The notes under the pieces: model-generated
Seen by the model: the letters and a program-made list of their open reading frames with translations, nothing else
Told to the model about the DNA's origin: nothing
The model's database searches: none
Program-made: the position numbers and the translations under genes
Assembly (NCBI GenBank): GCA_964465355.1
Contig: CAYXJZ010000005.1
Coordinates: forward strand, 5,504-69,503
DNA length: 64,000 nucleotides
From: an uncultured bacterium
Lineage (GTDB): Bacteria > Deinococcota > Deinococci > Deinococcales > Trueperaceae
Reading direction: 5' to 3'
Shown here: in pieces, positions 8,121 through 18,322 of the stretch
How the letters are laid out: each line of letters begins with the position of its first letter
How positions within the stretch are numbered: position 1 is the first letter of the stretch

Positions 8121-9410
8121 TCAGTCGCCGCTGGCGACCAGGACGGGGTGGTTGAGGGAGTCGGCCGGCACGTAGGCCTCGGCGCCGTGCTCGGAGAGGT
8201 CGAGGCCGATGACCTCTTCGCGGGGGCTGACGCGGGCGAGGCCGATGACCTTGAGCAGGCTGAAGATCAGGAAGCCGGCGGCCAGCGCGGCCAGCGAGTA
8301 GGAGAGGGTGCCGAGCAGCTGCACGCCGAAGTTGGCGCCGCCGAAGATGCCCACCGCCAGCGTGCCCCAGATCCCGACCACGCCGTGCACCGAGACGGCC
8401 CCCACCGGGTCGTCCGCCTTGATGCGGTCGAAGAAGAGCACCGAGAACACCACAAGGGTGCCGCCGATGGCGCCCACCAGCACCGCCCAGATGCCGGTGA
8501 TGACGTCAGGACCGGCGGTGATCGACACAAGGCCGGCCAGCACGCCGTTGACGGTCATGGAGAAGTCGGGCTTCTTGAACAGGGCCCATGACACGAAGAT
8601 GGCCGCAAGGGCGCCGGCCGCCGCCGACAGGTTGGTGTTGAGCGCCACGCTGGCGAAGGCCTGGGCGTCGTCGATGCTGCTGAAGGAGAGCACCGAGCCG
8701 GGGTTGAAGCCGAACCAGCCGATCCATAGCAGGAAGCCACCGAGGGCCACCAGCGCCATGTTGTTGCCCGGCATGGCGACCACGCGGCCGTTGACGTAGC
8801 GGCCGAGCCTAGGCCCAAGCGCCAGCACCCCACCCAAGGCGGCGAAACCACCGACGGCGTGCACCACCGAGGAACCGGCGAAGTCGTAGAAGCCCCGCTC
8901 GCTCAGCCAGCCGCCGCCCCAGTGCCAGCTGCCGAGCAGCGGGTAGACCAGCGCCGTCATGATCAGGGAGAACACCAGGTAGCCGCTGAACTTGGCGCGG
9001 CCGCCGATGGCGCCGCCCACGATGGTGGCGGCGGTGGCGGCGAAGACCATCTGGAAGAAGAAGTCGGCCGCCAGCGGGAAGTTGCCGCTGGACTCGGTGT
9101 TGGCGAGGAAGAGGCCACCGCCGTACATCAGCGCGAAGCCCACCGCCCAGTAGGCCACCCCGGCGATGGCGAAGTCGGCGAAGTTCTTCATCATGATGTT
9201 GATCACGTTCTTGGCCCCGTGCAGGCCGGCTTCCAGCAGGGCGAAGCCCGGCTGCATGAACATGACCAGCAGCGCGCAGACCATGAGGGCGAAGGTGTCG
9301 AGCGCGTAGGCGAGATCCATGATGGTCTCGCCCTGGGCGCTCGCCACGGAGAGGAGCGGGACCAGGGCTAGGACCGCGGTGCGCGACCACGGGACCGCAA
9401 GCGAACGCAT
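8121..9410 (-). CDS. amtB: Ammonium transporter
   Basis: Multi-pass Amt family signatures (FAAGGFAALGG-like AVGGFAALGGVLALGPRLGRY, WFGFNPGS, VHGVVGIWGT). Start set at the second ATG (9410), which has GAGGAGG 5 nt upstream. The N-terminus MRSLAVPWSRTAVLALVPLLSVASAQG is signal-like. Confidence 0.95.
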   Translation of the reverse strand: MRSLAVPWSRTAVLALVPLLSVASAQGETIMDLAYALDTFALMVCALLVMFMQPGFALLEAGLHGAKNVINIMMKNFADFAIAGVAYWAVGFALMYGGGLFLANTESSGNFPLAADFFFQMVFAATAATIVGGAIGGRAKFSGYLVFSLIMTALVYPLLGSWHWGGGWLSERGFYDFAGSSVVHAVGGFAALGGVLALGPRLGRYVNGRVVAMPGNNMALVALGGFLLWIGWFGFNPGSVLSFSSIDDAQAFASVALNTNLSAAAGALAAIFVSWALFKKPDFSMTVNGVLAGLVSITAGPDVITGIWAVLVGAIGGTLVVFSVLFFDRIKADDPVGAVSVHGVVGIWGTLAVGIFGGANFGVQLLGTLSYSLAALAAGFLIFSLLKVIGLARVSPREEVIGLDLSEHGAEAYVPADSLNHPVLVASGD

Positions 9411-9460
9411 GTGAGCCTCCTCGGGGGGCCGACCCATGGCGGCGGGTCGGCGTGGGCGTC

Positions 9461-9489
9461 AGGCTACGTAAACTCATGCAGGATGTCAA
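9461..9489 (-). promoter_or_regulatory. Candidate amtB-glnK promoter (TTGACA-N17-TAGCCT on the minus strand)
   Basis: On the minus strand, TTGACA corresponds to + coordinates 9489..9484, followed by a 17-nt spacer, then TAGCCT at 9466..9461. This is about 50 nt upstream of the amtB ATG. Confidence 0.4.
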
Positions 9490-9562
9490 GACCGAACGTG
9501 CATAGTGATGCAATCACGTGATACGGAGAATCGCCAAAATCAGCAAATCGTGCAGGATGTCA
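9477..9562. promoter_or_regulatory. Direct repeat TGCAGGATGTCA x2 plus GTGAT/ATCAC palindromes upstream of amtB (candidate regulator sites)
   Basis: Exact 12-mers at 9477-9488 (overlapping the -35) and 9551-9562. Between them lies GTGAT-gca-ATCACGTGAT (9505-9522), which includes the perfect 10-bp palindrome ATCACGTGAT (9513-9522). Confidence 0.4.
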
Positions 9563-9621
9563 GATCAAGATTGGCCGACTGTGCGCAGAATCAGTGACAG
9601 CACGGATACAGGCACAGCGAA

Positions 9622-9647
9622 GCCCCGCCGCAAGTACACGGCGGGGC
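9622..9647 (-). terminator. Hairpin downstream of the nucleotidyltransferase gene
   Basis: GCCCCGCCG (9622-9630), 8-nt loop, CGGCGGGGC (9639-9647), about 55 nt after the stop at 9702. Confidence 0.4.
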
Positions 9648-9701
9648 CAAGGTCGTGCTTCGCGACTCAGCGCGCGGTCTGGATGGTCGCTGTCGTGATG
9701 G

Positions 9702-10766
9702 TCACTGCGCCAGGTTGAGGCGGCTCATGTCACCCACCACCAGTTGATGGGTGCTCGGCCTACGCTTGCCACCCTCGATGAGCACGTCCTCGCCGATCAG
9801 GCTGGCCTGGATGCGCCCTTCCACATCGCGCAGCACGGTGCGCGCGCCCACCACGGCGTACTCGATCTCGGCGTTCGACAGCGTGACCTGCTCGCCCAAG
9901 GTGGTGAAGGGGCCGACGTAGGCGTCCACCACTTGGCAGCCTTTGCCGATCAGCGCAGGCCCGAAGATCTTGGACCCGCGCACCGTGGCACCGGCCTCCA
10001 CCACCACGTCACCCACCAACTCGGAGGACGTCACCTCGCCGACCACGTCGCGCCGCAAGCGGAGCAGTTCGAGGCGGTTGGCGTCGAGGATGTCCTCGGC
10101 CTTGCCGGTGTCCTTCCACCAACCCTGCACCTCCACCGGCACCACCAGCTGCCCATCCTCGATCATGCGGGCGATGGCGTCGGTGATCTGGTACTCGCCT
10201 TTGGCGCCGGGCTGCAGACCCTCGATGGAGGCGTGGATCCGGGGGTCGAAGACGTAGACGCCCGCCACCGCCAGGTTGGACGGCGGCACCTCGGGCTTCT
10301 CCACCAACTGCGTGATGCGCCCGTTCTCGACCACCGCGACACCCAGCTGCCTCGGGTCATCGACGCGCACCAGCGCCATCACCGCCTTGACGCCGCGATC
10401 CGGCTGGAAGGCGTCTACGAAGGGCCGGATGCCATGCTCGAAGAGGTTGTCGCCCAGGTACATGACGAAGGGGTCGTCGGCCAAGAAGGCGCGCGACACC
10501 TCGACGGCGTGCGCCAGCCCCTTGGGGGGGTTCTGCAGGATGAAGGTGTACTTGGCGCCGCGGTCCTCGCTCAAGGACTCCCTGAGATGTTCGATGGTGT
10601 CGTGGCTGACGACCACACCGATGTCGGTCACACCTGCGTCGACCAAGTGGTCGACGGCGTGGTGGATGAGCGCCTTGCCGGCGACCCGGATGGTGGGCTT
10701 GGGCCTGAGGCTGGTGATGGGGCGCAGACGCGTGCCCAAGCCGGCGGCGAGGATGAGTCCTTTCAA
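9702..10766 (-). CDS. Sugar-phosphate nucleotidyltransferase, long form with a left-handed beta-helix C-domain (glucose-1-phosphate thymidylyltransferase-like)
   Basis: 354 aa. It begins MKGLILAAGLGTRLRPITSLRPKP (G-x-G-T-R-x motif). The C-terminal half has hexapeptide-repeat character. TTG start with AGGAGG 5 nt upstream. Confidence 0.88.
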   Translation of the reverse strand: MKGLILAAGLGTRLRPITSLRPKPTIRVAGKALIHHAVDHLVDAGVTDIGVVVSHDTIEHLRESLSEDRGAKYTFILQNPPKGLAHAVEVSRAFLADDPFVMYLGDNLFEHGIRPFVDAFQPDRGVKAVMALVRVDDPRQLGVAVVENGRITQLVEKPEVPPSNLAVAGVYVFDPRIHASIEGLQPGAKGEYQITDAIARMIEDGQLVVPVEVQGWWKDTGKAEDILDANRLELLRLRRDVVGEVTSSELVGDVVVEAGATVRGSKIFGPALIGKGCQVVDAYVGPFTTLGEQVTLSNAEIEYAVVGARTVLRDVEGRIQASLIGEDVLIEGGKRRPSTHQLVVGDMSRLNLAQ

Positions 10767-10833
10767 GACGGCCTCCTGACCACGACGCTACCGCGACGAT
10801 GGCCAGGAGCGCTGCGGCAGACGTCTCAGGCGT

Positions 10834-11052
10834 TCAGCGTTGACGCCCGCTCACCAGCATGAAGATGCCGACGAGGATGCTACCGCCCGCCACCCATGGC
10901 AGCCAGGGCAGGTTGCGCTCGCGCTGCACCTCGACCTCCAGGATGCCGAGGTCCACCCCTGCACGTTCGTTGAACACGCCCGTGAGCTGTAGGATCAAGG
11001 CCACGGCCCCAGCGATGATGAGGATCAGCCCCAACGTTGCCATCGGTCTCAT
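10834..11052 (-). CDS. Small two-helix membrane protein
   Basis: 72 aa with two hydrophobic helices (LGLILIIAGAVALILQL, VAGGSILVGIFMLV). A strong AAGGAGG lies 5 nt upstream. Confidence 0.65.
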   Translation of the reverse strand: MRPMATLGLILIIAGAVALILQLTGVFNERAGVDLGILEVEVQRERNLPWLPWVAGGSILVGIFMLVSGRQR

Positions 11053-11227
11053 GTCTACCTCCTTCTTTCGTGACTAACAGCATATGCCGGTTGCATGAGT
11101 GCTGCTGGACTCGCTGACCGGGGATCCGTCGCGACCGATGAGATGGCGTACCCGAACCGTCTTCCACGGTACGGTGGCGACACTCGAGATGGAGCATCCG
11201 GTTCGAGACGTCTAGGAGGTCCTCCAC

Positions 11228-12223
11228 GTGCGCACAGCAGTCGCCACCCGCTGCGTCCTGTCCCTCTCCCTGGCTGTCATGCTGGCTGCATGCGGCTCGG
11301 CGCCCGGCACCCAAGGCCCGGGCGCGCTCACCGAGTTGGTCGGCAGCGAGGCGCACGGCATCGTGACCTTGGCCTGGGTGCACGACGGCGCCCTGACCTC
11401 CGGTTACCGGGTGATCCGCCGTGACGTGCCGGCCTCCGGCGCACAGACGCAGGTGGAACTCGGCGCCGATGCCAGGTCCTTCAGCGACCACGATGCCGAG
11501 GTCGGCCAGAGCTACAGCTACACCGTCGTGCCATTGGGCGCAGGCGGTCAAGCGCCTTCGGGGACGGCGCGCTCCGTCACCGTCACGGTGCAGCCTGGCC
11601 TGACGATGGTGGCCGGCCACTACGTCTGGACGGGCGGAGGCCAAGCAAGCGCCGCCTTCGGCTTCTTCTTCTACTTCCCCAGGAGCGACTGGCCCGTTGC
11701 CAGCGCCCCATACACGCTCTCCGGCCCGCCGGGTTGGAACGACGACCAGCCATGGACGGGCACCTTCCAGCGCGACCACTTCCAAGGCGGCTTCACCTGG
11801 TTCGCCGTCGCCAGCGGTCCGGCGGTCCCAGGGAGCTATCAGCTGGAGGTGGAGCTGGTGGACGGCCTGCTCGTCGCATCCTCGGAGCTGGCGGAGGCCG
11901 ACGATGTGCCGCGCCTCGAGGGTCTGAGCCTGCTCTCCTCCTCTGCCACGACGGTCGCGGTGGCTTGGGACGCCTACCCAGGGGCGCAGAGCTACGTGGT
12001 GACGCTGTTCGCCGGCACCCCTGGCACGGCCACGACCGTGCTGTCGCGGCGGGTGAGCGGGACCAGCGCCACGTTGGACGACCTGGGCCTGGCGCCGGGT
12101 GCGTACTTCGTGGCCGTGAGCAGCTACGCCTTCGACGGCCTGCAGCCCGGTCGCAGCCTGCCACCCCAGCGCTTCGACGTGGCGGAGGCGGCCACCGAGG
12201 TGTTCGAGATGCTCGCGGACTGA
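11228..12223 (+). CDS. Lipoprotein with fibronectin type III-like domains
   Basis: Lipobox LAAC-G follows the signal peptide. FN3-like segments are present (GIVTLAWVHDG...SYSYTVVP; ATTVAVAWDAYPGAQSYVVTL). AGGAGG lies 8 nt upstream of the GTG. Confidence 0.78.
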   Translation: MRTAVATRCVLSLSLAVMLAACGSAPGTQGPGALTELVGSEAHGIVTLAWVHDGALTSGYRVIRRDVPASGAQTQVELGADARSFSDHDAEVGQSYSYTVVPLGAGGQAPSGTARSVTVTVQPGLTMVAGHYVWTGGGQASAAFGFFFYFPRSDWPVASAPYTLSGPPGWNDDQPWTGTFQRDHFQGGFTWFAVASGPAVPGSYQLEVELVDGLLVASSELAEADDVPRLEGLSLLSSSATTVAVAWDAYPGAQSYVVTLFAGTPGTATTVLSRRVSGTSATLDDLGLAPGAYFVAVSSYAFDGLQPGRSLPPQRFDVAEAATEVFEMLAD

Positions 12224-12259
12224 GGCCAGGCTGGGCTGAGCGCATCGGAGCCGGATAGG

Positions 12260-12613
12260 ATGCGCCCCATGCCCCGCAGCAGCGAGATCCGCGTGACCGT
12301 GACAACGGACGACGATGGCGTCCAAGAGTTGGCCTGGCAGGCCGACGATGCCCCCGACCCTGGTAGGCAGTCGGCCGAGGCGATGATCCTGGCCCTTTGG
12401 GACGGCGAACGGCGCAACGCCATGCGCATCGACCTGTGGACGCCGAAGCTCACCGTCGACGACATGAACGACTTCGTGTACCAGACGTTGCTGTCCCTGG
12501 CGGACACCTACCGCGCCGCCACCCTCAACGAGGACCTGATGGTGGAGATCAAGAGCTTCGCTCGCCACTTCGCCGAGCGAGCGGCCAAGCAGGAGCGTCG
12601 GCACGGCAACTGA
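12260..12613 (+). CDS. GldC-like protein (gliding-motility GldC family fold)
   Basis: 117 aa. The segments EIRVTVTTDDDGVQELAWQADD, AMILALWDG, MRIDLWTPKLTVDDMNDF and LADTYRAAT fit my recollection of the GldC family pattern. Confidence 0.7.
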   Translation: MRPMPRSSEIRVTVTTDDDGVQELAWQADDAPDPGRQSAEAMILALWDGERRNAMRIDLWTPKLTVDDMNDFVYQTLLSLADTYRAATLNEDLMVEIKSFARHFAERAAKQERRHGN

Positions 12614-12625
12614 GCCGCCGGCTGC

Positions 12626-13536
<911 letters not shown>

Positions 13537-13540
<4 letters not shown>

Positions 13541-14631
13541 GCCTTCACCTCCGAGGATGCTTCGGTCGCCGCCCACTCTTCAGGGGCCACCTCTCCAGCC
13601 GGCTGCTGCTGTGTGACGCAGTGCCATGCACCGCCCCCGGTGATCAGGGCGGCCGCAGGCACGCCGATGACCTGGCGTCCGGGGAACAGCGGCCGCAGGA
13701 CGGCCAGGGCGCCTTCGTCGTGCTCGTCGCCGTAGACGGGCACCAGCACGGCGCCGTTGGCCACGTACCAGTTGGCGTAAGAGGCGGCTAGGCGGCGACC
13801 GTCCAGCTCCATGCGCGCCCGCGGCAGCGGCAGCTCGACGACCTGGTACGGCCGACCGTCCGGGGCCCGGAGGGCTTGCAGCAGGCGCAGGTTCTCCTGC
13901 ATGGGCCGGAAGTTGGCGTCGCCCCGGTCGTCGGTCACCGAGCAGACGATGGTGCGGTCACCGGCGAAGCGCACGATGGTGTCGACGTGGCCGTCTGTGT
14001 GGTCGCCCTCAAGGCCCTCGTCCAGCCACACCACCCGGCTCACGCCGAGGCCGGCAGCCAGCAGCGCCTCGTAGTCGGCCTCGCTCAGCTCGGGGTTGCG
14101 GGTGGGGGTGAGCAGGCAGGAGCGGGTGGTGATGAGGGTGCCCTCGCCGTTGACCTCGATGGCGCCGCCTTCGAGCACCTGCGGGAAGGAGAAGCAGCGC
14201 ATGCCCAGATGGGCAGCCACCTTGGCGGCCGCCAGGTCGTCGCTGGCCCATTCGTACTTGCCGCCCCAGGCGTTGAAGCGCCAGTCAGTGGCGGCCACCT
14301 TGCCGGTCAGGTCCCGCAGGAAGGTGGGGCCGTTGTCGCGGAACCAGGCGTCATCGAGATCGACGGTGTGGAAGCGCACCCGCCCGGCTGCCGTTCGCAG
14401 CCGCTGCCGCGCGTCGGCCTCGGCCTCCGGGCTGCTGACGTTGACCACCACAGGCTCGAAGCCGGCCAGGGTGCTCACCATGTTGGCGAACTCGCGGCGC
14501 ACGGCCTCCAGCTGCCCCTCCCACAGCAGGTCGTCGGCGGGCCAGCTGGTCCAGGTGGCGAGGTGGGGCTCCCACTCGGCGGGCATGCGGAAGCCCAGGT
14601 CGGCGGGGGTGGGGCTGGGGATGGGCGCCAT
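13537..14631 (-). CDS. aguA: Agmatine deiminase
   Basis: 364 aa with FRMPAEWEPH, GGAIEVNGEGTL, DGHVDT and a C-terminal GGGAWHCVTQQQP (catalytic Cys). Confidence 0.93.
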
Positions 14632-14747
14632 GGGACGGTCTCCAAGGGGTTCGGGGCGCTCGGCCCCGGAGCATCACAGGGTAGCACCGCCCTGCTCTGA
14701 TATGGTGTTGCGCTGTCGCGCATCAGCGCGTCCCAGGAGGTCTCGCC

Positions 14748-16673
14748 TTGGTCCACACCACCCCCGAGGTGCCATTCAAGGTCGGGGATGCCGAAGAGAT
14801 CTACGGCGTCCCGTCGTGGTCGAGTGGCTACTTCAAGGTCGGCGCCGACGGCGAGATGCACGTCACCATGCGCGGAGTCGAAGGGCAGAGCGTCTCCATC
14901 CCGGCCATCATCGAGGCGCTCAAGGAAGAGGGCCGCACCCTGCCGCTGATCCTGCGTTTCCCGCAGATCATCGAGGACCGGCTCGACCGCATCAACCTGT
15001 CCTTCCAGGCCTCCATGCGCGAGGCGGGCTACCAGGCTCACTACCAGGGGGTCTACCCCATCAAGGTGAGCCAGCGCCGTGTGGTGGTGGAGACCATCGC
15101 CGAGTACGGCGCGCGCTTCGTCACCGGCCTCGAGGCTGGCAGCAAGGCCGAGTTGGCCCTCATCCTGGTGCAGGACACCCATCCGGACGCACTGATCTGC
15201 TGCAACGGCTTCAAGGACGACGACTTCATCCGTCTCGCCCTCTGGGGCCGCAAGCTGGGCAAGAACGTCTGCATCACACTGGAGAAGCCGAGCGAGCTGG
15301 AGCGCGTGCTGCGCGTGAGCCAGGAGACGGGTGTGGAGCCCATGGTGGGCATCCGCTTCAAGCTGCACGCCAAGGGCGCAGGCCAATGGGAGGCTTCGGG
15401 CGGCGACGACGCCAAGTTCGGCCTCACCGCCACCGAGCTCATCCACGCGGTACGCCGACTGGAGAGCCTCGGCAAGCTCGACGCCCTGCAGATGATCCAC
15501 TGCCATGTCGGCAGCCAGCTCACCGACATCCGCAAGATCAAGATCGCGGTGCGCGAGGCCACCCAGGTCTACGTCGACGTGGTCAAGATGGGCGCTCGTG
15601 TGCGCTACCTGAACGTGGGCGGCGGCCTAGGTGTGGACTACGACGGTTCCAAGACCGCCTTCTACACCTCGGCCAACTACGGCATCAGCGAGTATGCCGA
15701 CACGGTGGTCTACACCATCAAGGAGACCTGCGACGACGGCGAGGTGCCGCACCCGGTGGTGGTCACCGAGTCGGGCAGGGCGCTCACCGCCCACCACGCC
15801 ATGATCGTGCTGCCGGTCATCGACGCCATCGGCCCCACCCGCGCCACCTACGAGCTGCCCCCCTTGACGGGCGAGGTGCACGCCGTGGTGACCGACATGG
15901 AGGAGCTGGCGCGCGACGTCAACCTGCGCAACTACCGCGAGGTCTACAACGAGGCCGTGTCGAACAAGGACACCATGCACAGCCTCTTCGACCTCGGCTA
16001 CGTCAACCTGCTCGAGCGTGCCCACGTCGAGCAGCTCTACCACCGCACCCTGCTGCGCATCGCCAAGATCGTCGAGCAGATCGACTACGTGCCAGAGGAG
16101 CTGGAGGCCCTGCCCAAGCGGCTGGCCGACCAGTACGTGGTCAACTTCAGCCTCTTCCAGGGCATGCCCGACCATTGGGCCATCCAGACGCTGTTCCCCA
16201 TCGTGCCGCTGCACCGCCTCAACGAGGTGCCCACCCGTGAGGCCACGCTGGTGGACATCAGCTGCGACTCGGACGGCAAGATCCAGAAGTTCATCGACCT
16301 GCGCGACGTCAAGTCCACCCTGCCGGTGCACGACCTCGTGCCTGGGCGGCCGTACTACCTCGGCGCCTTCCTCACCGGCGCCTACCAGGACGTGCTGGCC
16401 AACACCCACAACCTCTTCGGTCGCATGAACGAGGCGCACATCCGCCTGACCGACGACGGCGGCTGGGAGCTGGAGCGCTTCGTCAACGGGCAGAAGGCGC
16501 GGCGTGTCATCGAGAACATGGGCTACGAGACCGCCGAGCTGCACGGCTGGCTGCAGGACGAGATCCGTGAGGCGGAGCGCTCCGGCACCGTGCTCAGCGA
16601 CGAGGAGAAGCGCGAGGTCACCGAGCTCTACGACGCTGAGCTGGTGGGGTACACCTACTTGGAGCAGGTCTAG
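14748..16673 (+). CDS. speA: Biosynthetic arginine decarboxylase
   Basis: 641 aa, with YGVPSWSSGYF at the N-terminus, YPIKV (PLP lysine region) and GGGLGVDYDG. TTG start with AGGAGG 7 nt upstream. Divergent from aguAB. Confidence 0.95.
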   Translation: MVHTTPEVPFKVGDAEEIYGVPSWSSGYFKVGADGEMHVTMRGVEGQSVSIPAIIEALKEEGRTLPLILRFPQIIEDRLDRINLSFQASMREAGYQAHYQGVYPIKVSQRRVVVETIAEYGARFVTGLEAGSKAELALILVQDTHPDALICCNGFKDDDFIRLALWGRKLGKNVCITLEKPSELERVLRVSQETGVEPMVGIRFKLHAKGAGQWEASGGDDAKFGLTATELIHAVRRLESLGKLDALQMIHCHVGSQLTDIRKIKIAVREATQVYVDVVKMGARVRYLNVGGGLGVDYDGSKTAFYTSANYGISEYADTVVYTIKETCDDGEVPHPVVVTESGRALTAHHAMIVLPVIDAIGPTRATYELPPLTGEVHAVVTDMEELARDVNLRNYREVYNEAVSNKDTMHSLFDLGYVNLLERAHVEQLYHRTLLRIAKIVEQIDYVPEELEALPKRLADQYVVNFSLFQGMPDHWAIQTLFPIVPLHRLNEVPTREATLVDISCDSDGKIQKFIDLRDVKSTLPVHDLVPGRPYYLGAFLTGAYQDVLANTHNLFGRMNEAHIRLTDDGGWELERFVNGQKARRVIENMGYETAELHGWLQDEIREAERSGTVLSDEEKREVTELYDAELVGYTYLEQV

Positions 16674-17425
16674 AGGACGAAGCGGTCCCCGTCAGCCCCC
16701 ACCGTCAGCTCGGGGAACACCTTGCGCGCCGCCCGCAGATCCTGCGAGCACTCGTCGAAGACGGGCGGAAGGTGCACCAGCACCAGCCTGCCGACGCCGG
16801 CCTCGCTGGCCACCTTGGCGGCCTCCTCGGCCGATGCGTGCATGGCGGAGCTGCCGCTGGCTTCGTGCAGCAGCAGGTCGGCGCCGCCAGCCATCCTGGT
16901 GATGGCCGGGGTGTAGGCGGTGTCGCCGGAGAAGGCCACCACCGTGCCTGAGGCGCAGGTCACCCGCAGGCCGACGGCGGGCACCGAGTGGATGCCTGGC
17001 GTGGCGGTGATGCGCCAGTCCACACAGTCGAAGACCAGCGCGTCCTCCTCGTAGGCCACGAGGTGGGTGCGGATGCCTGGGTAGTCGGGCCAGTCGGCGG
17101 TGTGGAAGACATCGTGCAGACGCTGGGCCTGGTCGATGGCGGGCTCGATGCCGTAGACCGGCAGCGGATCGCGCCGCCCTGCCATCCACAGGCGCTCCAT
17201 GAGCAGCGGCAGGCCTCCGACATGGTCGGCGTGCTCGTGCGTGACGATCAGCTTGCGGATGCGCAAGGGGTCCATGCCCTGGGCAAGCAGGCGCTGCACC
17301 ACGTCGCCGCCGCAGTCCACCAGCACGATGCCCTCGCTGCCGTCCAAGGCCAGCATGGTGGTGGTCCGACGGCCGTCGCTGTAGGCGGCACCCGAACCAA
17401 GCACGTGCAGGACGCTAGTGGGCAC
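16670..17425 (-). CDS. MBL-fold metallo-hydrolase (RNase Z/BN-like)
   Basis: It has the HEHADH motif (THEHADHVGG) and later FSGDT and HLPP motifs. Start set at GTG 17425 (GGGAG upstream). The longer track ORF 16670..18085 extends into Arg/Gly-rich junk. Confidence 0.85.
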   Translation of the reverse strand: MPTSVLHVLGSGAAYSDGRRTTTMLALDGSEGIVLVDCGGDVVQRLLAQGMDPLRIRKLIVTHEHADHVGGLPLLMERLWMAGRRDPLPVYGIEPAIDQAQRLHDVFHTADWPDYPGIRTHLVAYEEDALVFDCVDWRITATPGIHSVPAVGLRVTCASGTVVAFSGDTAYTPAITRMAGGADLLLHEASGSSAMHASAEEAAKVASEAGVGRLVLVHLPPVFDECSQDLRAARKVFPELTVGADGDRFVL

Positions 17426-17538
17426 GCTCTGGCTCCCAGGAGGATCGCATCGGTCCCGATGATACGAACCGCCGCCGCCCACGAACCCGCAAGCCTCACA
17501 CCGCGCCGGGGCGAGCCTTCTTCGGTGGGCGCGAGGCC

Positions 17539-18213
17539 TCAGGCAGCGCGGGGTCGCCTCGCCAGCGCGGCATCCCGTGCCCTGGCGTAGCGCAGGTCGA
17601 GTCCGCGACAGAGCCTCAGGCTGGCCTGCATCAGCGGCCCCATGGTCAAGGAGAAGACCACCGTGCCCCAGCCGATGGTGCCGCCAAGCAGCCAGCCGAT
17701 CGCCAGCACGAGCACCTCGGTCGCCATCCGCACCCTGGCGACCGGCGCCTTGGTCAGCTTGGCCAAGCCGATGTAGAAGCCGTCCCGCGGGCCGGCGCCG
17801 AGGCCGGCAGTGATGTACAGGCCCGTGGCCAAGCCGTTGATGGCCAAGCCGACGGCGAAGATGGCCAACTTCTGCCACAAGGCATCGGGCGTCTGCATGT
17901 AGCTCTGCGCCAGCCACAGGTCCACCCAGGGACCGACGAGGGCCATGTTGAACACCGTGGCGATGCCCGGCCGCACCTTGGCCACCACCATCGAGATCAG
18001 CAGCACCGCAAGGCCGACGCCCACCATGACCTGGCCGATGGTGAAGGGCAGGTGCAGCGCCAGCCCTTGATGGAAGGCATCCCACGGCCCCACGCCGATG
18101 CCGGCCGTCAGGACGCAGGCGATGCCGAGACCGAAGGCCATCAGCCCCACGTTCAGATGCAGCAGCCGAAGCAGGAGCAGGCGGTAGGAGGCGGGGCGGG
18201 TGAGGATCGGCAC
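17539..18213 (-). CDS. YczE/YitT-like integral membrane protein
   Basis: It has motifs GIGVGPWDAFHQGL and GAGPRDGF typical of this family. Start proposed at GTG 18213 (TAGGCT-N7 upstream); the alternative is ATG 18276. Confidence 0.72.
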   Translation of the reverse strand: MPILTRPASYRLLLLRLLHLNVGLMAFGLGIACVLTAGIGVGPWDAFHQGLALHLPFTIGQVMVGVGLAVLLISMVVAKVRPGIATVFNMALVGPWVDLWLAQSYMQTPDALWQKLAIFAVGLAINGLATGLYITAGLGAGPRDGFYIGLAKLTKAPVARVRMATEVLVLAIGWLLGGTIGWGTVVFSLTMGPLMQASLRLCRGLDLRYARARDAALARRPRAA

Positions 18214-18322
18214 GGTAGCGAGCCTACCTTTCCCATGGTCGGCATGGGCTCGGTGGTGCTGCAGGCGATGAACCATCGTCAGCGACCGCCGCGATGACGG
18301 CCCTGTCGTACCCTTGCCGGGT

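Noticed and set aside
10880-12604. 574-aa minus-strand ORF
   Set aside because: It is antisense to the FN3 lipoprotein and GldC-like genes. Its composition is Arg/Gly/His/Pro-rich. It has no SD or TANNNT promoter context and no recognisable domain.
14096-16240. 714-aa + strand ORF, the longest in the track
   Set aside because: Its first part is antisense to aguA and the rest is an alternative frame of speA. The translation is dominated by Arg/Pro/Gly/Ala with no motifs. Both overlapped genes have unambiguous family signatures. It is a typical high-GC open-frame artefact.
16670-16673. speA and the convergent MBL hydrolase share the palindrome CTAG as overlapping stop codons
   Set aside because: This is real, but it is most simply a by-product of compact gene packing. 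No hairpin or regulatory signal is associated with it.
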